Shown: piece after piece, positions 1-35,935 of the stretch
Layout of the letters: every line of letters begins with the position of its first letter
Position numbering within the stretch: position 1 is the stretch's first letter
NCBI RefSeq assembly: GCF_009914755.1
Contig: NC_060939.1
Source: the human T2T-CHM13v2.0 reference genome, Homo sapiens
DNA length: 64,000 nt
Reading direction: 5' to 3' (one strand)
Made by a program: the position numbers and the translations under genes
Notes under the pieces: model-generated
Seen by the model: the letters and a program-made list of their open reading frames with translations, nothing else
Told to the model about the DNA's origin: nothing
The model's database searches: none

Positions 1-3210
<3,210 letters not shown>

Positions 3211-3732
3211 TCATGAAGACTTCATGGAGGTGACAGGGCCCTTGACACACTGAGAAATGGTCCAGGGAGAGGCACTGGGAGAGTGCATCTCAGGCTGTGA
3301 TGGACGGACTTCCTTCTGAGTTTTTGGTTGTCGTCTGTGGGGATCGAAGAGTCCCAGAGACCGTGCTCCTCCCGTGGCTAACACTAATTCACCGAGGAGC
3401 TATGCACATTCCTTCCCCTCTTCCCTCCATGCTGGGGGTGCCTCCAGGAGGCGAGAACACGCACCGGCCTTCCAGCTGAAAATCCAGGCCCCTCACCAAA
3501 ATCAGGCCAGGCCAGCATCGGGAGCCTCCAGATGTAATGCACTGAAAAGGACACAGCTTGCCCTCTGAGCTGTTTACACCAAACATATCTGACTAAGTAG
3601 TCAGGAGGAAACATGAGACAAATCCACACTGTGGGTTACTCTGCAGGATAACTGGCCTTGTCCCTTTCAGAAGTGTCAGCACCATGGGAAACAAGAGCGG
3701 CTGGGGCTGCTCTGGAAAAGGGGGAGCAAAGA

Positions 3733-5160
<1,428 letters not shown>

Positions 5161-6454
5161 TTTTTCTCAACAATGGAAAAAAAGTGTTTGCCATGTTGTT
5201 TCCCTAGGGTGGGAGGCTGTGGGAAAAGAAAAACCATGATTTTAAAAAGCAGAAAAAAAGCCACGGGACTTCCACCTCCTCCGTGTGACACCTGGAAGCA
5301 GTTCTGGTGCCACTCAGAGCCTATTTCATCATCAGGGAAAGCAGGGCTTGTGCTGGTGCCCATCTGGGTGGCTGTTGGGGACTGACTGAGAGAACATGCC
5401 TGGGAAGCCAGGGCCATTGGTTAACTGTCACCTCAGCAGGGAAGGAAGGCTTAGTGGGGACCTGGCTGTGGACTCTGGGGACTTCCCCTTCGTGGGAGAT
5501 GCAGACCCAGGAGTCTGCACCCCTTTGTTGCCCCCTACCACCCTCACCCCATTTCCCAGTGGCTCCAGAGTAGATGCTCCCTGCAAGATTTTCCAGCCCA
5601 AGGGGGCAGCCTGGAAACATGGCTTAGATCACCTTTGTTGGTTTCCAGCAAATTAAAATTTATCTCTCAGAGAGGAAATGAGGGGCCGGGTTTTTTTTTT
5701 TTCTTCTTTTTTCCTTTCTCCTTCTTAATGGGCCCTGATGAAGGAAATGAATGCGGGGAAGGGATCAGAAATACGATCCACCACTCGCTGGCACAGAAAG
5801 GTCAGGGGGCTCCCTGCGCCCTTAGAGGGGCAGCTGGGCACAGTATGTTTTATTATATAATTAACCTTGACCCTTCTGGGTTCAAAGAGAGAGATTAGTT
5901 GGAAATAAATCAATAGTCTGGTCTGGTCACTTCAAAGGCCACAGAACACGCTGGAAAATTCCACACTGGCTCAGTGTGTAAATTGAAATAGGCTATGCAA
6001 TGCTTCTTTAAAGGTGGGAGGGGGCTTTCGGTCTAAAATTGAAATTAATTGTGTATCCGCTTCCTTTAATCAGGCAATCAGGAGTCTTTATTGTGTATCT
6101 TGTGGGGGTTGCGGGGAGGCCTGGAGACAGCATTGTGACCTCCGAGTGACCGCTGGGCCAGGCTCCAGGACAACAGGCATCTCTTCAAGCCTAGGGAGCT
6201 CCTCCCTCTGGTAGCAGTGTGCAGTCATTTACTGGACATCTGGAATTCTCAGAATCACCCAACCATCACCATCGCAATACACGGCATTTATTGAGTGCTT
6301 ACTTTACACCAGGCGCCAAGGATTTTCCAGTTATTTTTCTCATTTGATCCTCATAACAACCCAATTAGATAAGTACCATTATTATCTCTATTACCGATGA
6401 GGAAATTGAGCTTCAGTGTGGCTGAAGATACAGAGCCACTCTGAGGTTTTCTCT

Positions 6455-9609
<3,155 letters not shown>

Positions 9610-10102
9610 AGCCCATGCTTTTAACCACTGGGCTAGGCTGCCTCTTGTGAGGGGACCTTGATTGCCAGGCCAAAGGCACTGGACTCCTCTGGGAGCAGTG
9701 TGGAGCTGTGGTAGGTTACAGACCCAGCCTGCATTTTAGGATGTGCCCAACCTCCTCAACCGTCCCACTCAGGGAGGCAGGGGGGCCGACATTCCTGGGT
9801 CTCTTCTCACTCTTCAAAAAGAAAATCTCCCTTTTAGTTAATTTAGACCGCCACCCCTCCCGCCCCACCGCCCCCGACTGGGCTCCCCTGTCGTCTTTTC
9901 CTCCATACATAGATGTAAGTTAACAGCATGGGCTTCGAACAAGGAGTCTGAGGTTCAAGCCCCAGCTCCACCACCTCCCTTCTCGGAGCCTTGGTTTCCT
10001 CATCTCAGATGGGAGGATGACAGCAAGCCCAGCTCTACCCACTGCACGGCTGTGAGAGACGCACATGAGGTGATACGGAGGTGTCTACAAAACACCCTAA
10101 GA

Positions 10103-11782
<1,680 letters not shown>

Positions 11783-12374
11783 CTACTTCTGTAATAACAG
11801 AAGTAGCATCATTATCATTGGGAGGACTCCATAGGGGCTCCTTCCCTTCCCCGAGGAAACTCTAGGCTATCTGACCCTCTCGATGACTTTCTGTCCACCT
11901 GGAAACCATGTAAGGCTTTCCTCAGACACATCGACCCCACAAAAAGCATATGCTCTAGAAATTTAGTGGTCATTCATATATTTATTGACCATCTGTTAGG
12001 TGGCAGGCCCCATGCAGCAAATGGAAGACTTGAGCCTGCTCAGTGAGTTCCCCATGCACTTGCACACCTCCCAAGCTTTGCTTATGCTGTGCCTGCAGCC
12101 TTGGATGCCCTTTCCCCTGTTTCCACTCCTTTTCAAAGCCTTCCTTAATCCAGCACTTCAGGATAATTTCCTTCCGTTTCTACAATGTGCTGCTGGTACT
12201 CACCCACATAAGTATTTGAATAGATAGCAGTTACTTGTATTCAAGCCTATAGATTGTCAGCTCACTGAGGGTCTGTCTCTCTCCTATGGGGCCCAGAGCA
12301 TCTTAATTGCTGGGCTCAATTAGTCACCAGTAGGGATCAGGCCTCTGTTCCCGTGGCTGTAATCCTTGTTAATT

Positions 12375-12390
12375 CCACTGGGTGGCAGCA
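12375..12390 (+). promoter_or_regulatory. CTCF-like motif
   Basis: CCACTGGGTGGCAGCA versus consensus CCACYAGGKGGCAG (one core mismatch), in unique sequence. Confidence 0.35.
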
Positions 12391-12504
12391 AAGTCCGCCA
12401 GTCACAGCCCTCCCAGGAGCGCAGCTTCCAGGCTGCCATGCTTGGAACCAGAGGCTCCCTGGGCTCCAGGGAGGCCAGGCCAGCTGCAGGAGGCCCTTCA
12501 AGCT

Positions 12505-12630
12505 CACTCTTCTATCTTTCTTCTTCTTTCTTCCTTTCTTCCTTCCTTCTTTCTTTTTCCTCTTCTTCTTCTTCTTCTTCCTCCTCCTCCTCCTCCTCCT
12601 TCTCTTCCTCCTCCTCCTTCTTTTTTTTTG
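12505..12630. repeat. (CTT)n/(CCT)n polypyrimidine tract at the tail of an antisense Alu (to ~12910)
   Basis: ttcttcttcttc...ctcctcctcctc. Confidence 0.9.
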
Positions 12631-13089
12631 AGACAGAGTTTTGCACTTGTCGCCCAGGGTGGAGTGCAGTGGCGCAATCTTGACTCACTGCAACTTCTGC
12701 CTCCTGGGTTCAAGCAATTCTCCTGCCTCAGCCTCCCAAGTAGCTGAGATTATAGGCTCCTGCCACTGTGCCCGGCTAATTTTTGTATTTTTAGTAGAGA
12801 CGGGGTTTCACCATGTTCACCAGGCTGGTCTCAAACTCCTGACCTTGTGATCCACCCGCCTCAGCCTCCCAAAGTGCTGGGATTACAGGTGTGAGCCACC
12901 GCGCCTGGCTGCTTGCTTTCTTCTTTATCCTGCTCCCCTCTCCCCGGCATTCCTCTCCCCCCTCCCCCAACTTAGGGTTGCTTTGCCTTGCCTGCTCCAG
13001 TTTCTCTGCCTATTACAGTGGGATCATTTGAACACTTAAACTGTGCGCTTCACTTACATGAACTCAGTGAATCCTCTCAACCTCTTTTT

Positions 13090-14585
<1,496 letters not shown>

Positions 14586-15649
14586 GACAACCCTTTGAGG
14601 TAGGGGCATATTATCTCTATTTTACAGACAAGGAAACAGAGGTGTAAAGAAGTTAAATCGTTTGCTCACGGTTACACAACTAGGAAATAGCAGAGCCAGG
14701 GGTTCAAACCACATCAGTTGGACTCTAGTGTCCACAGCCTGGGCCATGGCCACCACCTTCTTAGCTCCAGAGGGTGCCATGCTTCTCACTAGAAGACAGG
14801 GAACAGTGACAGCTCGTTGCTCTCAATAGCAGGGCACTGGCTCTGAGCTCTGTACTAGCTCCCAGGTGGCAAAGGGCTGAAGGCATAGCCACCAGCTGAG
14901 TTGGAGAAGGTCCCCCATATAAGGTGACACCCCAGCTAGGCATGGAAGGAGACACCTCACTGTTCTCTGATCCTGCTGGGGCTCTGGTTCTCCTCACCCC
15001 AGCCTCAGCCCAATAACTGGGGACTTGCTGGCCACGGGAGAGATGACCTCAAGCTTCCAGGCACAAAACTCTCCAATTCTTGACCCAAGACACTACTATA
15101 GCAGCCGGGATTGAACCAAAGTATGCTTTCTTGGTAGCTTTGTGACAGTGTCCCCAGTACTCCCAGTTAGACACTCTGATTCCTTCAGTGGTTATGAAGA
15201 AAGTGCTGGCAGCACAAGTCCACATAATGGGGAGCCAGCTTTTGAGGCAATGAGACAAAATGCAGCATAGGGCATCCTGGGCCTCGGGGAAGGAAGCCCC
15301 TCCAGAGAGCGAGAGAGACATCTGCAGGAAGAGGCACCATGACGAGGAGAAGCTGTGGGGAGCAGAGCCTGGTCAGAGGGTGGCTATTCTGGAGTAATAG
15401 CCAGGGCCAACCCTGCCTTGTGGTGGTGGCACGTGGTGCACGGTGACCAAGGGGCCATCCACGTTTGTGGGAACTCAGTGTCCATCCCTCTTGAGTCCAA
15501 GGAGCCCTTCCCTTCTCTGCCAGCCAGGCTCCTCCTCGGCCTCCTCTCAGCCCCTTCTTCTCCCTGCTCCCTCTCCGTTCCAAGGTAGCTCCAGGGGGGC
15601 TCAGGGGAGCAACAAAGCCCTCAGATCAGTCCCCTAAGTCCCCTCGTAC

Positions 15650-20303
<4,654 letters not shown>

Positions 20304-20474
20304 ATGGAGATGACGGTCACTAGCATATCTTAGTCACAGGGAGGGGTGAGGACTCAGGAACTGCACCTCATGTGGCAGAGAGCTGTAGTGTATAGGGTCT
20401 GCTGTTACTATCCCAGGTTCTGGGCCTGTGAGGGCCCTGGCCCACCCAGCACCGCAGCCCCACCCCCAGGACCT

Positions 20475-20525
20475 GACACAACCACCCAAAAACTCCAGGT
20501 TCACTTTGGCAACAGGACTTTTATT
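20475..20525 (-). terminator. Polyadenylation signal AATAAA with GU-rich downstream element
   Basis: Plus-strand tttatt at 20520-20525; downstream on minus strand gagtttttgggtggttgtgtc. Confidence 0.85.
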
Positions 20526-22282
20526 CAGTCAAAATGAGCAGAGTGTGACAAAACCCAAGTAAGGCCAGGTGGCCCCCCAGCCCCCTCCTGCCCCAGCCGC
20601 ACCCTTCCCAAGGGAGAGGGAGGCTCCCGAGAGAAGCTGCTTTGGGAACAGAGGGGGCACTGCCTTGGAGCTTTGTGGAGCCCTGGGCATCCACACATCA
20701 TTTGGGAGAAGGGAAGGGACTACCCTTCCCCAAGTCCACGCGGACACAGCTCTAGTTTTCTAGGAAAACACCACAAATTCTATCTTCTTCAGCTAATTAA
20801 CTAAAGTTCAGGGTGGAGGTGTCCCTAGAGGGTTGGGGGTCAGGGATATTTATGGTCTCATTCTTAAGGAATACACTTATCTTTTTTCTTTAAAAAAAGT
20901 TTTTCTTCTGCTATTTAAAAAAATGTTTCTGAGTATAACCAAAAATAGGTATTTGTTTCCTTGGTTTTCTTTTCTTCTTCTTTAACTAAGTAGTTCAAAG
21001 AACAACACAACAGAAAAGAGTAACAAAAAGTCACAAGAACATAACCCTTAACACACCTTGTATAAAAATAGCTTCCGGCCATGGCTGCTGACAGTGGATG
21101 CTCCCCTGTCGAGGGGTGGATCAGGCTGGCTGGGTGCCTGAGGCTGGGGCGCCTCTGCAGGGGACACCCACACCCCCTCACCCTCCCACATACCCATCCC
21201 ACACATGGTACATTCCAGGGGCCGGGCCTGCAGGACAGGAGGCAGGCGGCCAGCTGATGCCACCCTCCCAAGCCCAGGTTCCTCATGGGCATCCCCATCA
21301 AGGATGGGCTGGCTCAAAATGGGAGTGGACAGACAAGACGGGGACAGGCGGTGTGCTGGGAGGTGGCTCGTTTGGACAATTTATACTTCAAGGAACAAAT
21401 TTCCTCTCATTTTTGGCTGCTTTCACATTTTTTCTCTGCCCAATCCATTTCTATTTCTGTAGGCCACAAGAGTTCCCCTTGGTGGCCCAACCTCTGGCCT
21501 CTCCTCTGCAGGAGAGGTAGGTGGGCTGTGGGCAGGAGGGGCGGGGAGGCAGGTCCAGTGACAACACAGCCCACAGAGCCAGCGAGCCTTGAGGTAGACA
21601 TTTTCTTTCACATCTGGAAATGGGGAAGTGCTTTTTTTTTTCTTTCACACCTGGAAACGGGGAAGTGCTTTTTTTTTTTTTTTTTTTTTTTACTCTGGAC
21701 AACAGTGTGGGAAGGGAGAGGGGGTCCCCAGCAAGGGGACTTGAGGTAGGAGTGCATTCGGGCTCTGTGGGGTAAGGGGGCTGAGGCCACCGCCCCACTG
21801 CCCCCCAGGACATTCATTCCGGCTGAGGTAGGTGCTGAGAGCCAAAACAGCAAAAATCCATCCTGAGAAAACAAAGTCGGTGGAGGGTGACAGTGTCAGG
21901 GCCCAGCTACAGCAGGGTCATCTTTTGGAGTCTAATTCACCTTCCTCTATCTCTCTCCTCTTTTTTTTTTTTTTTAAGTTTTGCTTTTTAAAGAAAAATG
22001 TTAGTTCAGTTCCAAGTCATGTGGGTACCAGGCAGAGGCAAGGGGGCGTCAGCCCAGGGAAGGAACAGGCTCCTGCAGGAACTGCTCCAACTCCTGATGG
22101 GTGTTAGGGCCGGGGGGTCCCTGTCAAGGCTGCCTTGGGTTTTGACAACCCAAGAGGCAGTCAGGATAGAAATACTGGGGAGCCCCCAGGACCATCCAAA
22201 TCCCACATGACAGTAGAAATCTTGCTTTTGACCTGAGAATGGGCCCCGCTCCGTCCACCCTCTGGAGCCTGCCAGACACTGG
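20500..22282 (-). other. IGDCC3: IGDCC3 3'UTR (end approximate)
   Basis: Follows the stop codon; free of interspersed repeats; has A-rich runs and a U-rich stretch; ends near the AATAAA and GU-rich downstream element. Confidence 0.85.
21514..21831 (-). promoter_or_regulatory. Cluster of four let-7/miR-98 seed sites in the 3'UTR
   Basis: Plus-strand TGAGGTAG (mRNA CUACCUCA, 8mer) at 21590-21597, 21742-21749 and 21824-21831; GAGGTAG (7mer-m8) at 21514-21520. Confidence 0.85.
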
Positions 22283-22549
<267 letters not shown>

Positions 22550-22628
22550 TCAGCTTGAGGGCCAGGGCGCCAGGCTCCAACTCACCCCACTTGGGCCTTA
22601 GGGTCTCCAGGTCTCCCTGCCTGACTCA

Positions 22629-23371
<743 letters not shown>

Positions 23372-23439
23372 CTACAGGACTCCAGACCAATCTTTTTGGT
23401 TCTTTTTACCAGATACTAGGAATAGCATGGACCATTTCA

Positions 23440-23600
23440 TCCTTGCCACAGCTTTGTAAAGTAGGTACTATTATCCCTGTATTATAGAGAAAACTGGGAT
23501 CAGAGAGGTTAAGTAACTTGACCAAGGTCACACAGCCAGCATGTGCATGGCCAAGCTTCAAACTGTGGTCTAAGCCTGTGTTTTCAAGCGTGGCACATGC
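23440..23600. mobile_element. MIR fragment in intron 11
   Basis: gtaggtactattatccc...aaactgg...agaggttaagtaacttgaccaaggtcacacagc. Confidence 0.75.
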
Positions 23601-23607
23601 TATCTCA

Positions 23608-24161
<554 letters not shown>

Positions 24162-24272
24162 CTATCTATCTTTCTACCTTCCACCTGTGACCCCGACCCC
24201 CAAAAGCCTGACAGCCCTCTGGCCTCTGGCCAAGGGCATGTGCTTATGAAAGCAGCACCTTCCTAGGAATTA

Positions 24273-25725
<1,453 letters not shown>

Positions 25726-26084
25726 CTATTTAAAAGACTGACATTTGTATCCGAAAGCAATCAAGCTGAACTCCCTGTTCAGGAAATTGTTAAATAAATA
25801 AATGTGCTAATAGGTTTGGCTGCACCTCCAGAAAGCGGTAATGATGGGGAGATGGATGAGCCTCAGTACCGGGGGCCCCCTCGCCCCCACATTCAATTCC
25901 GCTCTCCTCCAATCCCAGGCCTCAAGCCTCTATTAAAACCGGGAAATGAAATGCTCCATCACTTTCATTTGGACAGGTTAACGGCACATGGAATGCTAAA
26001 CAAATGGGCATTTAAGTTCCTAATTCTCCCACTTCCCACCCTTTCCCCCGGTCTCCGGTAGGGAACAACCACAGGAAAACCCTA

Positions 26085-26894
<810 letters not shown>

Positions 26895-27666
26895 CTAGGG
26901 AGCCCCAGTCTTTGACTCTGCCCCTTCCCTCCTAGGCACCTTAACATGGAAGAGGCAGCAGAGAGCAGCACAGAACCCTCGCGCCTAGCAGCGGAGACCC
27001 TGTCCTGACCCTAGCATCACCACTGACTCACGGGCCACCTGCAAGGCCCTCCCCTTCTGTTTCACAATCTGTAAAGGAGTCTGTCTTAGATTGACGTTTC
27101 CCAGCCTGGTTTGTCTCTCTGGATCCATGGTCAAATATCCATTCTATGCCTGGATGGTAAGTCACATCACAGTGCCCCTGTGACCTGGTTGGGGGGGGAA
27201 CCCGGTTAACTTTGTTTCCCAAACTTGTTAGACCAGCAGGCCATTCCTTCCGGCTTGACAGATCATGCTTTGGGAAATGTTGGACCAGATGGTCCCTGGA
27301 GTGCCTAGAGGTTCCTCCTGATGGTGCGGCCACTCTTTCCAGCCTCTCCCAGGGACCCGAGCCCTTCCCCCACCCCCACCAGGATCAGATTAGCACAGTC
27401 AGAATACAAGGAGACAGCTCCCCATTCAGGCCCTGAAGTGGTGAAATCTACTCCATTATCCTGCCTGCTGCCCCCTCCCTCCCCATCACTCAGCTGCTAC
27501 AATGTGGCACAGTCTCCCTGTGAATGCGGTGCCCCACCCCACCCCCTCCAGAGTTTCCTTCCCGAGTGACCTTTCTGCTCAGACAATGTGGGCCCATCTG
27601 CACCCTTTCATTTCTCTCTTTCAGCTGCCTGGGGATTTAGGCTGGGGGACTTAGGGGGCCAGGCTA

Positions 27667-28458
<792 letters not shown>

Positions 28459-28607
28459 TCAGCATAGGATGGGATTCCCAGGGGGAAATGAGCCAGAGAT
28501 CCAGCCTTAGATTCCTGTGCACCCTCACGCCAGGCAGCACAGAGCCCGGCACTCTGCACGCACGTGGCTGAGAAGGCTGCAGAGGCCAGCTGAAGGGGGT
28601 TGATCTA

Positions 28608-28937
<330 letters not shown>

Positions 28938-29189
28938 TCAAAGGTGGACACACCCTCAATTCCAGCCTTGACAACGATCGCACACATCCTCAGACACATC
29001 CATGAGCCTACAATCTGGGCCCAGCCAGTCATGTGGATACCCAGTCTAAACTGTGGTTGCAGAAACACCACTATCTCAGGCACCTGTGGGCACCAACTGC
29101 AGCTCCCAGAGCCGCGGGCCATCCTTCTCTACGGCCAGAGTCACTGGCCACCTCTTTGTCCTCCCTCTGTCTTTCCCACACGTGGCTCA

Positions 29190-29513
<324 letters not shown>

Positions 29514-32279
29514 CTAGGAAACATCTCCCCTGAGAGGTGGTATAGGCTGGGCTGGGATACTTTGTAAAAAGTCTGGACAAACTTCTGGATAACAAACCTC
29601 TAATAAGGAAATCCTGCACTGTTGGGACTTCTCTTGGAGGCCTTGGTCCCCAAAACTGACCCATGAAGGCCAATCAGACAAAGCCCTGCTCCCGAGCCCC
29701 ACACCCCACTTTTTCAGCAGCTTTCAGATTCGTTTTTGTAAATTCTCCCTAAGGCAGGCAAGGGCTCAGATCCTCAGTGCTTCACATTTTATAGAATTGG
29801 AAGCTGAGGCTCAGAGAAGGGAAGCAATTAGTCCTTTGTTGCCCAGCAGGGACACTGGTCATCAGGCCCTGGTTACCAGGGCCCGGGAGCTTTTTTTTGG
29901 TCCCTCCTTCTCCTACTCCTCCCACCCCCAGTTCATCTGCAGTCTCTCGATGCACCCCAAGAGGGTGTTGCATCCATCCAAGGTGACAAGCCTCTCAGAA
30001 GACTGTCAGACCTACCAATCTACATTTCAATGTGTCATAAATATTCAGGGACCCCTCCCCACCTTTTGGGGATCTGAACTAACTGCTTGAACTCTGGTCT
30101 GCAGAGATCATCAGTGCAGAGGGGCTGTGGTGCACCCTCCCCTCCCAGTTACAGGCTGGTTAAGTGTTTCTGCCCACCCCCGTTTCCACCCATGCCCAAA
30201 CCCCACCCTGTAATGCCTGGGGAAGGAGCCCCTCCCACTCGGGTTCCCAGCTTCAGCACCAGGGCTGCGATTTCATTAAAATCCACTTTGCTTCAAGTGC
30301 AGGAAGGCGGTACACCATCTGTCCAGGCAGGCAGCCCCTCGTCTCAGGCACTCCATCAACTGGGACAGTCGCTCCCCTCCCAGAGGAAGCCCTCCCCCAC
30401 AGCAGCAGGGACACTGGAGCTCGTCCTGGCTCCTGCTCCTGGCTCCCTGGTGTGGGCAGGCCACCCTCCCCGTGGCCCCCATGCCCCATCTCAGGCCCCC
30501 TCAATCCACCAGCCTGATCTGGCCTCCAGGGCAGCCCAAAAGGCGAGCCTTTGTGCCCTTCCACCCAGAGTCTCTGGGGGCTGGCTCCTTTGTGGCGTGT
30601 TCTCCATCTCATTTGCATGTGGTTCATTAAATATAAACATGCATAAAAATCACCGCCCTGCCTCCTCGTCTTTGAGGGCCTCCTGGGAGTGTGTCTGATG
30701 GGTGTGTGCGCCTCTTTGTACATGTGTGCGGGGCTGTGTCTCCGTGTATGTGGTCTGAGTGTCTGTGTCTGGACGGGAATCCGTCCACTGCTGCGGCGGG
30801 TGTGTACCTCTGGTTCTGTGCAGGTAATCAATCACACACATCCCCACGTAGGTACAGCCCTTATAAACAGTACCTTGGGGCCCTGGGGGTGGGAGGTGGG
30901 GGCAAGTGTCCCAGCTGGTGTTCCCATCAGGCTTGGTGAGAGGATCCCCAGGGAGCACTGGGAGGTGGGCCTTCCCGGCCTCAGGCCAAAGGCTGTGTTT
31001 GGCCAAGGGAGGTAAGTAAGCCCAGGGACTTGGGGGAGGGGGCCGAGGTGCTGCTGGAGCCCCTCTACTGCCTCTAGCCCTCCACCTCCAGGAAGGCAAC
31101 TGGATGCCATGAGCCCAGGGAGTGGAGAGGGCACCCAGGCTCCCGGGTCAGCTGTCTACATCCCCCAGGCCCTGCTCCTTCGAAGATGGGGAGCTGCCAG
31201 CCTCCTCTTCACTCCAGCTGGATAGGAGTTCCCAGTCCCCCAGGGACCTGGGGTGGGGACTAATGGCTCTGCTGACTACAGATGCCTCCTCATTAAGGAA
31301 CAAATCCTTTTGTGCTTCTAGCCCCATCCTGGGCTCCCTGGAGGCACCCAGTGCTAGGAGCTGGCCTGAGGAAATATACAAGGGAAAGGGCTGCCTCTTA
31401 TCAGGGCGCTGGGGATGGAGAAAGTCTGGCTTCCACTGCCTGACTCCCTCCTCCTCCCCTCAGCACTAAGCAGCCACAGCACAGTTGGACATGGTGCTAG
31501 AGCTGGAAGGGTCACAGGTATGGAGCCAGTCTGATATCCGTCACTGTGCATAGTGCGACTGACTCCTAAGGGTCCCCTGGATGCACTTAAGCCCACCTCC
31601 TGCTCACATTTCCCTTCCGTCAGAGCAGCACCTTGCTGTACCTCTCGATCAGCTTGACTTGGTTACAGTTCTGCTAAACATTTAATTTGAAGGGTAGCTT
31701 TGCCTTTAAGAGTAATTGAAAACCATGAATCTGAAGCTAATCTCTTTATTTTAGGAAAGGGAAACTGAGGCCAGGCTCTCTGCTGGGATGTCCCTTAGTT
31801 TTCCAGCAAGTTTCTCACTCTCCAAGGCCAGGTAACTGCAGAGTGGACTGCATGCTGGACTAGCTTCTTCTCACGGTGTGGAGGAAAGGTAATGAGCTCT
31901 AGGGAAGGCTCTTCACCCCCACCCCTGGGAGCCCAGCTGGCTGCACAGGTGTGGTCCAGGAAGGGCAGGTGCAAGAGGAGGGTGTGGTCCTCTTCATCTG
32001 AGGCTCCTCCTTCCCTCCCTTCCTTATACCCTCTCTCAACTCTTTGGTCAGTCCTGCATATTCCTTAGGCGTCCTAGGATTTCTGTGAGACCCTGGGCAG
32101 GCAGCATCCTCTCAGCCACAAATGAAGGGAGTGGATGAGTCGCTCTTCAGGGCCCCTCCAGCCCTGCCTCCTCATCTGTCTTCATGAACAGGATCCACAA
32201 TCTCTGGGCCAGCAAACTCAGCTTAGCTGGAGTCTCCTAAAATCTTCCACACACATCTGGTTCATAAGCAATAGTATTT

Positions 32280-32810
<531 letters not shown>

Positions 32811-34094
32811 CAGCATTTTTTTCTTTAGGAAGTTTGAGGAAAAGGGATGTTGAGGCCATTTCGGCCCCCTCTAGTTTCTCAGGGTGGAACATGTTTGATT
32901 CACAAGTGTGTTTATGCCCTGGCTTGTGCCAGCAGGCCACAGAGCCGGGTGGACTGTCCCTCATTATGTCTCTCTAGGGAGAGGGTCCCTGAGCAAACAT
33001 GAGGAAGTGGGGCTGAGGGCCGGACTTCAGGGCACCCTGAGATCTGAACAAGTCACCCTGCAGGCCACTGTGTTGCTGATGACAGTACAGACCAGCTAGT
33101 GTATTAGCATTGAGTATTTATGTCTGGTGTTGGTGGTATTGTGTCTGTGGCTGGTGCACGTGACAGTGGTGCTGTGACTTTGGCTCTTGATGCTTTACAC
33201 TCCTGCGGATATCTGTTGGTCTGGTAGGGACAGTTTTGGGTCCCTCACTTCAAGTTGGGTGATGGGAAGGGGGTGATGGGCAATGGTCTTCCAGGTGTGA
33301 GGGCCAGAGAAAGCGACAGGGAGGACAAAGTCCTGCTTGGCAGTAGGTGGGGAGAAAGGAAGAAGGCACCTTTGTCCACAGCGATCTGGGAAGGAATCTC
33401 CCAGCACCGCCCTGCCCCCACCAGAGGTGCGACCAGGCTGAGGGGAGAGACAGAGGGCAGAGAGTGAGCTTAGCAATTCACAGGGCTGGAAGGGAAAAGA
33501 AACAGGAAGGAAACAGTTCCTGGACACCTCTATAAATCACCCAAGGGGAGGGGCCTCCTGAGAGCCAGATCTAGGGCCGCTCAGGGAGGGGAGGGGAACT
33601 CTCTTCCTGGTCCAGGACCTCTGGCGAGGTCAGGCCTGGATCTGATTAGACAGGCTCCAGGGGGAGGTGGGGGGCAGCAAAGGGTCGAGGTAGAGTGCTG
33701 GGAAGGAAGCTCAGGCCCCCCACCCTTTGGCCATAGCCAGACTCCTATCCGGTCTGTGATGGTAAAAAGATCTGGGGGCATGTTTGGATGGAGAGTTCAA
33801 AACATAACCTTTGCAAAAGCGAGGGGCCCTGGGGCTCTGAGGTGCCGGCTGTCCCCACCTCATACAGCCATTCAAGAGGGGCAGCTGTGAACCACAGACT
33901 CTTCTGAAGGCCACCGAGGCCCATTCCCTCCTTGTATCTATCCCTGCCAAAGACCAGGGACACGCAGCCTTTTGGATGTCCAGCCCCTCCTCAGGCAGCT
34001 GGGATGATTATCATGTTTTTGCTTACTCCAGACACATACCTGAATCCCATACACTTCTACTCACTGTACCCAACTTTTCCCTTTAGAACCACAT

Positions 34095-35935
<1,841 letters not shown>

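Noticed and set aside
3675-3695. REST/RE1-like TCAGCACCATGG (also TTCAGCACC at ~30252)
   Set aside because: Only the left half-site matches and the GGACAG half is missing; the first lies in an L1M-like fragment
30087-31134. Overlapping 150-200 aa ORFs near exon 3 as possible IGDCC3 exon 2
   Set aside because: No Ig-domain motif or signal peptide; GC-rich chance ORFs
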